In this document: piece after piece, positions 13,001 through 26,600 of the stretch
Numbering within the stretch: position 1 is the stretch's first letter
How the letters are laid out: each line of letters opens with the position of its first letter
Assembly: GCA_964016885.1 (NCBI GenBank)
Contig: OZ024742.1
Coordinates: 64,480,001 to 64,544,000 of the forward strand
Reading direction: 5' to 3'
Length of the DNA: 64,000 nt
DNA from: Eledone cirrhosa
Taxonomy: Eukaryota
Notes under the pieces: model-generated
What the model saw: only the letters and a program-made list of their open reading frames with translations
Told to the model about the DNA's origin: nothing
Database searches by the model: none
Position numbers and translations under genes: made by a program

Positions 13001-14963
13001 ACATGCTATTCTGAGACAGTTTCATTAATAATTAAATAAAATTGAATAATTTAATTAAGTATCACTAATACTTTGTAACAGGAATGTTAGTAACACTTTG
13101 GTTAACTTTTAAGCCTCGGTATTGCCTGTATTGAATTTGTGACCTGGCATGATACGTAAGTGTCAGAGATGAAAGTTCACATTCAGAACTTTCAAATAAT
13201 ATATAATTGTCCATAGAAAAAAATGTATTTTGACATGAAAATGAAAACTGCATGTTGCCCGTTCCATGGAGCTCTACAGGGATGCCTATTAAATGTAGTG
13301 TTTAAGCTTGAAACTTACAGAGAGGACTCAATTTTTAAAACAGAGCTCCCTACATATTGCAATATAGTCATGTCTGAAAATACATGAACAGCTTGCGATG
13401 GCCTTTAATCTCTGTAATTTAACTGTTTATAGCCATTTTAAATAGTCCATTAAAATTATATTGAAATGGTGTCATATTCCCAAATCTTATTATTTAGTTC
13501 TATACCTACTACAAATATACCAAAACACAGGTCCCTGTGGCTTGTACTTTTGGATTTAGCTAGGTCTGAAAACACATGGAAAGCTTACGCTCATGTCATG
13601 AAATCGACTGTTACATGCAACAAAATAGGCTTTACATTAATATTTAAAAAATTGCCCCCAAAAAGGTTTCATTTTCAAGAACCTGAAACAACATAGACAA
13701 CTGCTATCCTATGGATATAGACACTGTTAATTTGAAGATGATTGTCACTTCAAGCTTGTCAATGGTCTTGTTTTATTAGCAAAAATGGCTTTGAAACACT
13801 TGTTGTTTGTATTAATACATATTGCATGAGATTTTAAACTGTATATGTTGGTATAATTTGATGTTTTGTTCTATTTGAGAGTGTCCAATGTGTATATTTT
13901 CAGGTATGTGTCGAGAGTTCATTATAGAGATTCTGCAAACCATGTTATTTTGGGTACCCAGCAGTTTAAACCAACTGAATTTGCTAACCAGATTAACCTC
14001 AGCATGGATAATGCTTGGGGTATTTTGCGTTGTATCATTGATACCTGCATGAAACTAAAGGAAGGAAAATATCTCATTATGAAGGACCCTAACAAGGTTA
14101 GTCAAGATTTGTCGGTTTTAACAATGTAGAATCTTCATGAGGATATAATTAAATAGTTGAAGGTGTGTCGCCTAGTGGTTAGGGTGTTGGACTCATGATT
14201 ATACATTTATAGTTTTGATTCTTAGGCTAGGCAGTGTGTTATGTTCTTGAGCATGATGCTTCATTTTATGTTACTTTTCATGATAGTACTGGGGTCCATA
14301 TTGTTAAAACATTCCAGATATCTATGAAATGTAACCTCATAGGAAGCCAGCTAAATCTACATAGTTGTGAACTGTAACATGATATGACTGGTCTCTTATT
14401 AATTCTTTAGCATTTACATTATATTTTCATGGTAAAGGCTTTACCTCACATAATATTGAATTTATGAGATTTTGATATTTATTCTGAGAACAATACCTTA
14501 ACATCAGTATGTGCCAGTGGTTACAGCCAATTTGAGCAGAAAGAGGTGAGAAATTTTTGGTCAGAACCTCCTACCTATGAGATTCAGTCTTGTTGGAGGT
14601 CAGCTAAGCCTACATAAGTGTGAGCTGTAACAGCAACATGATAGAAATGGGACTACTATCAATAAAACATCCAAGAAACCTACCTTTGAGAGTCAGTCTC
14701 ATAGGAAGTCAGCTAAATCTACATAGGTGTAACAGTAACATGATAGCTGATCTCATAGATCAGCTAAACCTACATAAGAATGAGCTGTAAATTTCTATTC
14801 TATTCTCGTAATGAAATATTTGCTCACCTTAACACTATATATTATTTTTCAGTCCGTGATTCGTATTTATGATATTCCTGACAACACTTTTGAGACTGAT
14901 GATGATGAGGAGGAGGAGGAGGATGATGAGGAAGAAGAAGAAGAGGATGAACCTGAAGCATAA
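1000..14963 (+). CDS. EIF3D: Eukaryotic translation initiation factor 3 subunit D, 5'-partial; exons 1000-1088, 2078-2147, 6673-6794, 7137-7269, 7890-8171, 9438-9520, 9776-9905, 11748-11890, 13904-14096, 14853-14963
   Basis: GT-AG exons join in frame (1356 nt, 452 codons) and read [74 protein letters not shown] and an acidic C-terminus, all recognisable eIF3d motifs. Earlier exons lie upstream of the window. Confidence 0.97.
2078..2147 (+). CDS. EIF3D: eIF3d exon ([14 protein letters not shown]...)
   Basis: tag acceptor, AAG|gtaag donor; KWQKQFG motif. Confidence 0.9.
3380..6400 (+). mobile_element. Degraded RTE-clade LINE: APE endonuclease, PHD-like finger, RT C-terminus, 3'UTR with (GAT)n tail; RT core missing
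   Basis: [30 protein letters not shown]; CSVC...ICGRC; [22 protein letters not shown]; [10 protein letters not shown]; many frameshifts and stops. Confidence 0.9.
4753..5145 (-). mobile_element. Two tandem tRNA-derived SINEs (octopus-type) inserted in the LINE
   Basis: TGGCAGTATCGG A-box-like and GAGTTCAAATCC B-box, core CTTTGCCTTTCATCCTTACGGGGTCGATAAAATAAAGTACCAG, tail GTAGAAACAATTATT. Confidence 0.85.
6673..6794 (+). CDS. EIF3D: eIF3d exon ([12 protein letters not shown]...MDFPRL)
   Basis: tttcag acceptor, gtgagt donor; RDxSVxV and MDFP motifs. Confidence 0.95.
7137..7269 (+). CDS. EIF3D: eIF3d exon (CGKMEFYDK...[10 protein letters not shown])
   Basis: Conserved peptide, canonical splice sites. 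Confidence 0.95.
7890..8171 (+). CDS. EIF3D: eIF3d exon ([12 protein letters not shown]...NFSQQVLKM)
   Basis: Overlaps ORF 7944-8246; highly conserved peptide. Confidence 0.97.
9438..9520 (+). CDS. EIF3D: eIF3d exon ([13 protein letters not shown]...SVGYR)
   Basis: PNPF and ASVGYR motifs; canonical splice sites. Confidence 0.95.
9776..9905 (+). CDS. EIF3D: eIF3d exon (YRKYSLG...TLNEWDSR)
   Basis: LIVRCEHD and [10 protein letters not shown] motifs. Confidence 0.96.
11748..11890 (+). CDS. EIF3D: eIF3d exon (YSGGVDWR...QIKFG)
   Basis: VDWR and [13 protein letters not shown] motifs. Confidence 0.96.
11952..13291. mobile_element. Old non-autonomous DNA transposon with ~190-bp imperfect terminal inverted repeats
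   Basis: 11960-12150 (GTAGAGCTC...TTTTCATGTCAAAAT...GGACAATTATATAT..TTTGAAAGTTCTG...CTGACACTTAC) is mirrored at 13140-13290. Confidence 0.7.
13904..14096 (+). CDS. EIF3D: eIF3d exon (YVSRVH...KDPNK)
   Basis: [11 protein letters not shown] and NAWGILR motifs. Confidence 0.96.
14853..14963 (+). CDS. EIF3D: eIF3d last coding exon ([13 protein letters not shown], poly-D/E, stop)
   Basis: tttttcag acceptor; acidic tail typical of eIF3d; TAA at 14961-14963. Confidence 0.93.
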   Translation, partial: SVIRIYDIPDNTFETDDDEEEEEDDEEEEEEDEPEA

Positions 14964-15820
14964 AATACTGTGTGTGTGTGTGTGTGTGCTAGGTATGTTC
15001 TTTATTGCAATTTTCTTGTTATTTTCTGAGGTAAAAATATTTTAGATTAACTCTTAAAATCCTTTAATAATTTAGCAAAATATCTAAAAATGAGTTTAAT
15101 TTAAATGTTTATAGTATCTTTACTAGCAGTCAGATTGTTGTGAAAATTTGCAGTATTGGAGTAAATAAAGACTTAATTTTAATTCAAGCTTGGCAAAGTG
15201 GGCATAAAATGATGATGTCACAGTGCTGTTTTATACTTTTCAAGAATGTCTTGTTAATGGAGTTTCCTGTAATATAAGATTTTAAGAGTTGAAGAATATT
15301 TTATTTAGGACCCTCCTGTTGTGTCAAAGACATGACAACCTCTCTAATGTTGAGGCCATGATAAAATGCACTTGGTAGAACATAGAACCACATGTAAGCC
15401 TATCTGGGAAGTCAGTGGCTCCACTTCAGTATAGACATGGTCTGTGAAGACCTGTGCAATCCTTGCTAGCAGGAAAGGTGGACGTTAAATGAGATATATA
15501 TGTATATGTGTGTTTAGAAAACAGCAAGTGGAATTTGAAAATAGAATTAGATCTCACCGTATTTTTGACTAAAGAAAATAGTTTAATAACACTGACGCCC
15601 ATCTTTTTTTCATTCAAGGGGTTTCTATGCAGAATGCTTTTTTGCCTCTACTCAATGTTGACAGAAACACACAGATATATAGATATATTTATATACATGC
15701 CAGTTTTATAGATGTCGTAATCATTATACAATTCTAGTGTTTAATAATTATTTCATTATGTAAATTGTTCTTCATCAAATGTTATTAAAATGAAGTAATC
15801 TTGTTAATTTTTCATTTCAG

Positions 15821-15895
15821 GACAAGCACGAAATGAAGTCTCCTTTTATCTTCATAATAATAATAATATTAATAAAACGTATGTCATTTAAATGT
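15821..15895 (+). other. Putative non-coding terminal exon of eIF3d with poly(A) signal
   Basis: Strong acceptor tttttcatttcag ending 15820, candidate donor AG|gtatgt at 14993, AATAAA at 15871 followed by a GT/T-rich tract. Confidence 0.45.
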
Positions 15896-15946
15896 TTTTG
15901 TTTTCATGTATCTTTGTCCATCTCTTTTACATAAAATACGAACATG

Positions 15947-15996
<50 letters not shown>

Positions 15997-17551
15997 GGAT
16001 GTTTTATGTATAAAAATTATGCACAGAAACGTACTGATATAGTAAGAAAAAAGCCTTAACGTTTCGGTCATTAGTTCTTCATAGAAAGATAGACAAGAGG
16101 AAGAAATGAAAAACATTTTTTTTTTTTTTGAGAGAGAAAACATGTTTGTTTAGTCAACCATTATATACATGTGTGTGTGTGTGTGTGTGTGTTTACATAT
16201 ATATAGTGTCACTGGTTTGTCAGACTGGTCATCCTGGGGCATCACTTTGAAGAGATTTATCAATGATATTGCCCCTAGTATTTATTTTTTTTAATTCTGG
16301 TTCTTATTTTCTCAACCACTAGGCCATGGGACATAAACAGACATGGACACTTGCAAACGTATTCACACACATAGGATTTGTTAGCTGTGTCAAAGAGATG
16401 ATCTCTATGCACCCATTACACTCTGTAAAGTGGTTTGTGATAGGAATGGCATCCAACTATAGAAAACTTACCAGACAAAGGGTCAGGAAGATTATTCAGT
16501 TGTGTCAAAAACATGACAAACTCCCTTGTGTTGGTGATGTAGGAATGTATATATGTGAGATGCAGGTCTCCAGCCTGTTTGAGAAGTCAGTAGCCCCAAT
16601 TAAATACTGACTTGGTCAGTAATCACCCATTCAACCTTGCTTGTATGGAAAACCTATGTTAAATAATGATGATAGATGATGGGGTTCCTTTTCACTCACA
16701 AAGCATTGGTCAATACAAGGCTATATATAGAAGACGCTTGCTCAATTTGCTACACATTAAGATTGAACCTGAAAATACATGGCAGCAAAATGAACTACTT
16801 AACCACACAGCCAAGCCTGTACCTATATATATATATAATCAGAACTGATGTACAAGAGAGAAGACTGCATTGGTATGGGCATGGGTGAAGAAGTGCCAGG
16901 AAATCCCAGTAGAAGCAAGTCACAGTAGGACTACACTAAGGAAGACATGACTGGAGGTGGTGGGGGCTGATATATAATTGCTGAGACTCAGAAAAGATGA
17001 TGGAATGGACCCATCTAACACATGTGAGCATGGAAAAATGGACGTGAAAAAGATGTGTGTGTGTATATATATATATATAGCAAATGAAAAAACAAAACAA
17101 CAGGCTGACTTATATAATTTGATTGTGAAGAGTTACAGATGTTTTGTACTATGTCTATCAAAAATGAAAAAAATAGAAAGATGAGAAATAAGGAAAAAAG
17201 TTGAAGTGAATTGCCACTTGTCAACAGATTGGTCACACATCATCATTTAATGTCCATTTTTCCATGTTGACATGGGTTGGACAAGTCATAGACGAAATCA
17301 GTACTGGATTTACAGTCCTCTCTCTCTCTCACTGATGGGTTGGGGTCCCATCTTGATTGCTTACACTTTGATTTTGGCATTGATTGAACATTTGTGCCAA
17401 AACCTGATATTAACATAAATGAAAATACAACTACAGGTTTCTCATTTATATAGTTAGTCTTTATTATCTGTTTATTTAATTTATTTTTGTACATGTTTAG
17501 GGATCCCTGTTTTAACATGTTGACAATGGCTGCTCTAGATTTAAAAAATAT

Positions 17552-17671
17552 TTAAAGTAGATCAATTCCTCTGAAGTTGCGTCTGTAATTACAGAACCCT
17601 GGTTCCACAGTGATGTCATCCACTGCAATATCACCTTTTTTTCCAGAACCAATAACTGCCTCTAGCACCAA
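17552..17671 (-). CDS. Astacin-MAM exon 13, MAM end and stop
   Basis: LVLEAVIGSGKKGDIAVDDITVEPGFC...LL*; AATAAA on - strand near 17480. Confidence 0.93.
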   Translation of the reverse strand: MVLEAVIGSGKKGDIAVDDITVEPGFCNYRRNFRGIDLL

Positions 17672-20600
17672 CTGCAAAAAGACATTTTATTAATGTTAGT
17701 ATTAGAGGGCAGAATAGGTAGGATTGATAGAACATTGGTAGAATATTAGGGAGAGTTGGTAGAACATTGAAAAGAATTGGTAGAATGTCTGACATAATGC
17801 AGCATCCATAAATCCTGCCATTTCACCTCTAGTTGAAGGAGGTGGGGCAGTGGATCAAATTTTGCTGGGGTCAGCTTTGTTTTTCAGCTTTCCAGCAGCA
17901 ATAACGTATCAAATATTGGATCTATAGAAGATTAGCTGAGATAATTACTCAGTCACCAAAATAGGTATTCAGTAGTAGAACGCCAGACAGGAGGCCTTAT
18001 AACTTTTCAGTTCTTGTTTTGATGTCAAATCTTTGGGATGAATTTGTCTTTGATCCTCCATGTGTTGAAACAATATAAATTATATAGTGTGGAAGATGGT
18101 TGATATAATCAATTACACCCTTCCCACAGAAATCCCTTTTTATTTATCTTTACCTGAAATGGGGCTCTCGCCTGAAATTCCATGTCACTTTTGAGCCATT
18201 CATCTCCTTGTATCCCTTTTTTGTTGAACAGTATCTTAGTTTGAGCTCTACCAAAGAACTGTGCTCGTAGGGTCAATGACCCTACTGTGTAGCCAGCCAT
18301 GTGGTAGGTGAGTCCAATACAGTAGAAATTGGTTGGTATACGTTGTGAAGTGAGGCGTGTAATTTTGTTCTCATGTCCATTAGCTTCAGCATAGATGTAA
18401 TAACCTGTCATTGACAGAAAGATGTTCTTCAGTGTTTATTCAAAGAAATATAAAACTATTATACTAAAACAAACATTATTCTGAAACTAATATAATAAAA
18501 TAATAAATACTCACTAGAAGTTTATAATATAATTACTGTATATACTTGTGCAAAAAGTAATTCCTGGTTAAAGATGACCCCTTATTTGTTTTGTCACAAA
18601 ATATGGATTTTTCCATGTGTCTTATGTAAAAGTTGACCCTAATACTTCACAGACAACAGATCAAGATATTCCCCTGAACATTAACTCTTTAGCATTTAAG
18701 CCAGCTGTATCTGGCCAGAATTCTCTCACCTCTTTCTGTTCAAACCAGCCACTCATACTGATGTCAAGGTATTGTTCTCAAAATAAATAATATCAAAATC
18801 TCATAGATTCAATATGTGAAGTAAAGCCTTTATTATGAAAATATACTAGTAAATATAGAGTAATGTAAAAGGTTAATGTTAGAATTAGGAAATTAAATTT
18901 TCTATGCTATTATATTTTGATGTATGCAAGTGGAAATGTTTATAAGAACTATGTTGCCTTATCTTTGTGTTTTGGGCAGCGTGAAGTGTTTTGAGACATG
19001 ATTTGGATTGTAATGTGAATTTCAGCTCGTCAAAAGTATCTATGAAATAGCTGCCCCTGTGAATTTGTGCTAAGAAAATTTGACTTTTACATGAGTATGT
19101 ATAATAATAAGGAAAATATTGTGTACAGTGCTCAGGGGCACTACAACTCATCAAAAGTGTATGTATAGTACATAGGGTAATGTACAAACGTCAGGAAAAT
19201 GAACAGTGCATGAGTCATGATATACACGTGTGCATGTGTATGGAAGGGGGGACATCAAGTGTAGTTTTGGCGAATTTCGGGAAGCATGAGGGTTTTAAAG
19301 GATGCAGTGTCTTGAGGCAGTTTGTTCCATGCTTCAGCAACTCTAAGCGTGAAAAAATGTTTCCGAAAGTCATGGGAGCTGTGCTGTTTTCTGACTTTGT
19401 AGGCATGTCCAAGTGTGTTATGCATTTACATCAATGTAAGGTTGAGTGAACCCATCAGTCATAGTACATAACCTCTAGTGCTAGTACAACAATAAAATGC
19501 TCCCAGTACACTTTAAAGTCATTAGAGTTAGGTTGTGTAAAAATGCAAAGTATGAACCAGATGTCATTTTTCAACAAGTCTTAGAAGGCAGTAACTCTGA
19601 ATAAGAACTGATTCTGACTGTAACAACCAGATTAACTTATGGAAGGCAGAAATTGATGTTAAATGATCAACATTTTTGATTACCATGGAAATAGAGTTTG
19701 TTTAGTTTTGCATTCAGTGTTGTTTAAAAGTTAGCAAAACAATTTCTAGATGTGGTGTTAAACAGGGTTAAAAGGTTAGTATGTCTCAAGCTTAGAGATT
19801 CATCAGGATGGAGCTTATCCTGATTTAATTGCATTAAATGACAAAGTAAAAGACACCTCTCTGAATATTACAGCAATCCATCACAAAGTTAAACTTTAGT
19901 TACTGCGGCTAGTACTCATTTTCAGCTGAATCGGTTGGAGCAACATGAAATGGTGGACATTGCTCATGGGTACAAAGTGCCACCTGGTCCAGTAATCAAA
20001 CCCAAGTTTTGATCATGATCCCAACACCACAACTATTAGCCCACATATCTTGTTAAATTGGGTGGCAGAATATAATTCATCCTCACTATTAAATAGCAGA
20101 TTTATCTCACAGACATCAAGTTATCATCATCATCATCATCAACGTTTAACGTCCGTGTTCCACGCTTGCATGGGTTTGGACGGGGGTAGTCCCACTTGAG
20201 GCAAGAGTGATTGTCTTGCTCGCATAGGACTGTCTGGCAGGTTTTCTACAGTTGGATGCCCTTCCTAACACCAACCACATTTACAGTGTGGGTCTGGGAG
20301 GTTTTTACCGTGTTGCCTACACGGCCACATTACAGCGTGGACTGTGTGTTTTTTTGTCGTGACACCTACACGATCTCATTTGTTTCGGCCTCGATGGCGC
20401 GGCACCAACATAACTTTACATAGAACGGGGTGGTGTGGATGGGGTGGTGGTGGTGGGACGGGGTGTATTTTGTTAGAGATGCCTACTGGCATATTTTAGA
20501 ATTGGATTCTACAATGTTCGAAGTACTGCAACCAGTGGAGTAGCTGGGCTGCTGTCAGGGGTCCCATGTAAGCTTAATCTGACCCTGAATACAATAATTA

Positions 20601-23600
20601 TACTTGAGCCAACAAAGGAGCCTCAATATGCCAGAAATAACAACCAGATTTCCTTTAAATCACCATCTACTGTCATTAAGATAAAAAAAGTCCATTGGAT
20701 AATATAGTTCCTGGTACATCATGCCTGTAAAAAGAGAGGATGGTACCTTTGTTCAGAGATAGATGACTTGGGATTAAATAACATTGACAAAAGGTTTCTC
20801 TCTATGATACAAGGCAGGCTGCTGTTTAATGCCTACATGCAAAATGCCATGGTAGTGAAAATGGAGGTTGGAGAGAAATGAAACAAGCATGCTTTGATGG
20901 ATGTGCAATGTTAATGTGTGTGAATGATGAAGCATGGATGTACGGAGAAAAACTGGATTTAAGAGGAATCAGGTGTAATGTGCGAGAGATATGTATGAAA
21001 GATGTTCAATGGGTGAAGTGCTAAGAAATCCCAGTGGAAGGCACCTGCAGTAGAGCTGATTTCAAATCACTGACGCTCACATAGAAGATGAATGAAAACT
21101 GATTGGAGGGAAGCTGTGCTGGAAAGACCCATCTAACTCATGCAAGCATAAAAAATGGATGTAAAATGATGATGGCGGTAGTGGTGATGGTAGGGATGAT
21201 GATGAAAACTCACCAAGACCATTGGTGTTATCTCCACTAGGACCAGTGAATGCAGTTGGAGTGGATCCCTTGAAGACTTTCCAGTCAAAATCATCGTCTG
21301 TATCTTGCTTCCAAGAACAAGTGTTTTGTTGCTCAAAGTTGCAGTCCCAGCTTGTGTGACCTGATATCAAAATATAACTTCACTGATCTAGATAATAATT
21401 GTTTCTACTTTTTGGCACAAGGTTAGCAATTACCCAGTGCATTACTGGTACTTTATTTTATCGACCCCGTAAGGATGAAAGGCAAAGTCAACCTCAGCGG
21501 GATTTGAACTCAGATCGTTAAGGGACGTAACTATGCTGGAAAGCATGGCATCCGACCCTCTACCGATACTGCCAATCCACTAGACAATAATGTGTGCTGA
21601 TTATAATTTTAATAGGAGTCGTGAGTATGAAGAAATAATAATAATAATTGTTTCTACTTTTGGCACAAGGCCAGCAATTTGTGGGGGGGTGGGGGGTTAA
21701 GTCAATTATATTGATTCAAGTACTTAACTGATTCTTTATTTTATCAACCTCTGAATGATGAAAGGCAAAGTTGACCTTCGCAGGATATGAACAAAGAATG
21801 TAAAGATTGGGAACATTTATCTGAAGATCTAACAACTCAACCAATCTGTACTACTACTACTACTACTACTAATAATAATAATACAATAATTGTTTCTACA
21901 TTTGGCACAAGGCTAGCAATTACCCCAGTGCATTACTGGTGCTTTATTTTATCGACTCTGTAAGGATGAAAGGCAAAGTTAACCTCGGTGAGATTTAAAC
22001 TCAGAATGTAAAGGGCCATAAATCTATGCTGCAAAGCATGGTATCTGAAGCTCTACCAATACTGCCAATCCAAATAATAATAAATTGTTAGCCACAAGAG
22101 CTTGCACATAGAATACAGTTAACATCATAAATGTAACATTGTACATGTAGGGCTGGACAAAGTTATGTAAAAATGAGGGTAAGGATATTATACAATAGAC
22201 AGATTGATTTCATAAAACATAAAATAAATATAAAATTATTATAAAACAATAATTAACACAAGATATGATATAAAACATAAAGATATTTATGGTTACCCAC
22301 CTACACACATGTGAGAACCCACTAGTTAAGTCAATGTCGGAACACCTTACATTTCTACTCACCCACCATGCATTATATACTTCCTGTAGATCACTGAAAT
22401 CCTCTTTAAGCATCATTTTCAGTGGCTTTGTTAACAAAAGCACTCACATCTCTTTGTATACTTCTTTTGTTGTTAGAAATAAGAGTCTTATATCATCTGG
22501 GAACTCCGTAGTAATCCTTTATTTCGATGTCCATCTATATATTGCATTAATAATGGTTTCTAATTTAAGCACAAAGCCAATAATTTTGGGGGCAGACAAA
22601 TATCAAATATATCGACCCCAGTATTTGACTGGTACTTTAATTTATCAATCTGGATAGAATGAAAGTTGACCTCAGAGGAGTTTGAACTCAGAAGATAAAT
22701 GCAAAGCATTTGTAATAACAACCACAACTAGTCATGGGAACTGGGGATATTTAAAGAGAGGACTCTAATTTACTGCTCCTAAAAATATACATTAAATTTG
22801 ATGAAATAACAATGAAGAAATTGGAGAGTTGGCACCAAGTAGGACATCTAGTTGTAAAACACTGCCTCAAAAGATGACTTGGTATCAGGAAAGACATCTA
22901 GCCATGAAACACTGCCTCAAAAGGTTGGTTGGTATCAAGAAGGACATGTAGCCATGAAACACTGCCTCAAAAGGTTGGTTGGTATCAAGAAGGACATGTA
23001 GCTATGAAACTGCCTCAAAAGGTTGGTTGGTATCAAGAAGGACATCCACTCATGTTGGTAATTAATTAAGATATATATTGAGAAGTGCGCTAGCAGCTAA
23101 AGTGTATGATAAAGCTGTATCTATATAAATACAGTGTGTAACCGAGACTGCACCAACATGTATAAATATATGCATATATCTAACATGTAGGCATATAAAC
23201 ACACCAGAAAATACAAATTTTCCTGTAAATTCAGAAAATGATTAAAGGTATTTATCATAGCAAACAATAGACTTTACTGTATTTGCCAAATTGTGAAGTA
23301 AGAATTACTAAGTAGTTGTACATTGTTAGGCATGAGTAGATGTGAACAAATTTGCATATATAAAATAAATCAGTGAAATTAATTAAAGACATCATCTGCT
23401 TGGGAGACAATAGTTAAGTTAGTGTTAACATATTTAATCAGGAATTATTAAGAACAATCTAATTAGAAATAATTAATCAACAAGGAAAAGACACCATCAG
23501 CTCAGAAATTAATAATAATAAATGAATCATTTATCAGGTTGATCTAATAACGGAAGTCTTCTTTGAGTGAAGAGAAAAACAAAACAAAAAAAAAACAAAA

Positions 23601-26600
23601 TATTTTAATAACACTCCTGGTTCTATGAAACAAAACCTCCAATTTTAACCCTTTAGCATTTAAACGGCCATATCCAGCCAGAATTCTCTCAACTTTCTCT
23701 TCAAAGCAGCCATAACCAGCCACTCATGCAAATGTTAAGGTTTTGTTTTCAAAATAAATAATTGTTTCTACTTTTGGCACAAGGCCAGCAATTACCCCAG
23801 TTCATTACTGGTGCTTTATTTTATTGACCCCGTAAGGATGAAAGGCAAAGTTAACCTTAGCGGGATTTGAACTCAGATCGTAAAGGGCCATAACTCTATC
23901 CAGAAAATTATGGTGTCTAACCCTCTACTGATACTGCCAATCCACTGCCAAAATCTCATGGATTCAATATTATGTGAGATAATAAGTTTTACCGCAAAAA
24001 TACAATAGTAAATATAGAGTAATGTAAATGTTATGTGAGATAAAACCTTTACTGTGAAAATACAATAGTAAATATAGAGTAATGTAAATGTTATGTGAGA
24101 TAAAACCTTTACTGTGAAAATACAATAGTAAATATAGAGTAATGTAAATGTTATGTGAGATAAAACCTTTACTGTGAAAATACAATAGTAAATATAGAGT
24201 AATGTAAATGTTATGTGAGATAAAACCTTTACTGTGAAAATACAATAGTAAATATAGAGTAATGTAAATGTTATGTGAGATAAAACCTTTACTGTGAAAA
24301 TACAATAGTAAATATAGAGTAATGTAAATGTTATGTGAGATAAAACCTTTACTGTGAAAATACAATAGTAAATATAGAGTAATGTAAATGTTATGTGAGA
24401 TAAAACCTTTACTGTGAAAATACAATAGTAAATATAGAGTAATGTAAATGTTATGTGAGATAAAACCTTTACTGTGAAAATACAATAGTAAATATAGAGT
24501 AATGTAAATGTTATGTGAGATAAAACCTTTACTGTGAAAATACAATAGTAAATATAGAGTAATGTAAATGCTAAAGGGTTAAGGGCTCCTAATTTAAATT
24601 AAAATATTACAACATAATTTTACACAAAAACCATTTATTACAAATACTATCTTTATTTTTGGCATAATGAATTGTTTCTACTATTGGCACAAGGCCAGCA
24701 ATTATCCCAGTACATTACTGGTACCTTATTTTATCGACCCCGTAAGGATGAAAGGCTAAGTTAACCTCGGCGGGATTTTTGGCATAATTAATAATCTTAG
24801 TAAATCCCTACAAATTCTTCATTAATTAATTGAAAAGGTTGATGTATTTAAAATGTATTGGTGATAATTTATTGTGTTCTAGTTGGAACCATTTCAACTT
24901 ACCTCCACAACCATATAGAAGCTGGACCTTCTTTATATCAATTGGACTAATGTATTTTCTTTGTCCAATATAGGCATAGGGATACTTCGGTGAAAGGGTT
25001 GGTGAGTAAGGGTCCTTAGCAAAGAAAGCGAAACCATAATGCATGATAGATTGATAATCATATGGTAACCCTAAGTCGTCTATATAATCCACTGAGTATT
25101 TGAGAAAATTCACGCTGCGATTCACCACAGGGTCTGGAAAGAAAAATAATAACTTTGAAATATTCATTGTATGTGCCATTTGCCTACAACTGTTTCCATT
25201 CCAACAAGACAGCATGGATAGATGGTAGATGCATCAGTTGACCACTTTAAACATAAAATTGTTCTTTGTAAAAACAATATTTGATCAGTGTTTGATGTAT
25301 AATCACTAAACATTCATTTTATCAATATATAAGATTTTCAAATCTACCAAAGTACAAATACTACACATCTCAAGATCAGGACTGGTTGAAGGTACTGGCA
25401 ACTTGGGTAGTCACTCGGGGTACTGAGGGTGCCACATGCTAGAGGGCACATATCATGTCTGGGACTTTCCAAATCCAAAATGAAAAAATGTGAAAATAAT
25501 AAATTATATCAAATAAAAAGCAAAATGTAAAAATTCTTTAAATATAGAAGAGATCAACAGTACCCTTGGGATTCTCCTACCCAACCACAAATGGGAGTCT
25601 CTCACTGAGCCACACTTTACATTGTCTCTCATCCAGACATCCTTCAGACTCTCTCTCACTCAGCCATCCTTAGCTCAGGATCTAGAACAATCTTCAGACA
25701 TTCTCTCACATGCTCATCATATCATTCACAAAGAAAATATGTAGAACCATCATCATCATCATTGTCATCATCATTTTACATTTATTTTTCCTTACTTGCA
25801 TGGGTAAGACAGGTCTACTCAAGCAAATCCTCTCCCCATTAATAGTGTTCCTTCATAATATCGTCTGTGAGGTTTAGTGTATAGAGATCAGCTCTGATCT
25901 GGTTTTTCTTAGTCTTTCTCTTCTGCAGCTTCCTTCCAATAGCATCTATTAGCACTTCTTCTCCCTGGGTTCATCTTTTATATGTATAACATGTCAATGC
26001 CAGCACAATCTTCTGTTTTGCACACTACATCTGATTCCTTTTAAGATCCAGTTTTTCTCTCAGTTCATCCATGCTCCATCATTCATGCACATTAACATTA
26101 CGCAGAACATGCTGCTTCGTTTCTCTCGAACACCCATGTCTCATTGCCATGCAAGATAGTACTCTTCATGCAGATATCATATAATCTATCCATCGCTTGT
26201 AGATAAAAACCCTTCGTTATTAACCTTTAAAGCGCTGTCATTGACACAGGGCACCATAAAGCAATCTCCCCTTAATAAATAATGCAGTGTCAAAGGAAAC
26301 AACTCATAAAAATTACTAGCGCGCTAAAGGTTAACTGAGGTAGTAGCTTGCTGAATTTTTTCCAACCCATTTTTATTTTAGCTACAATGTCTGTGAGAAA
26401 CTGTAATCTGTAAAGATGAACTTTGAGGTAATATGAAGTGGGTGTATGAGAAAAGAAGACATAACTTGTCTGTTTCTGACGAGGCCACTGGAGGCTGCAA
26501 AATAAGAGAGAAAGTGAAATGTTTGAGAGAAAAACTCAAGTAAAATGTGAAATATCTCGATCTCTTGTTAATGTCGTAGATTGTGGTGGTAGTGATGGTG

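Noticed and set aside
23970-24545. 191-aa repetitive ORF
   Set aside because: Product of the 60-bp tandem array inside a MITE.
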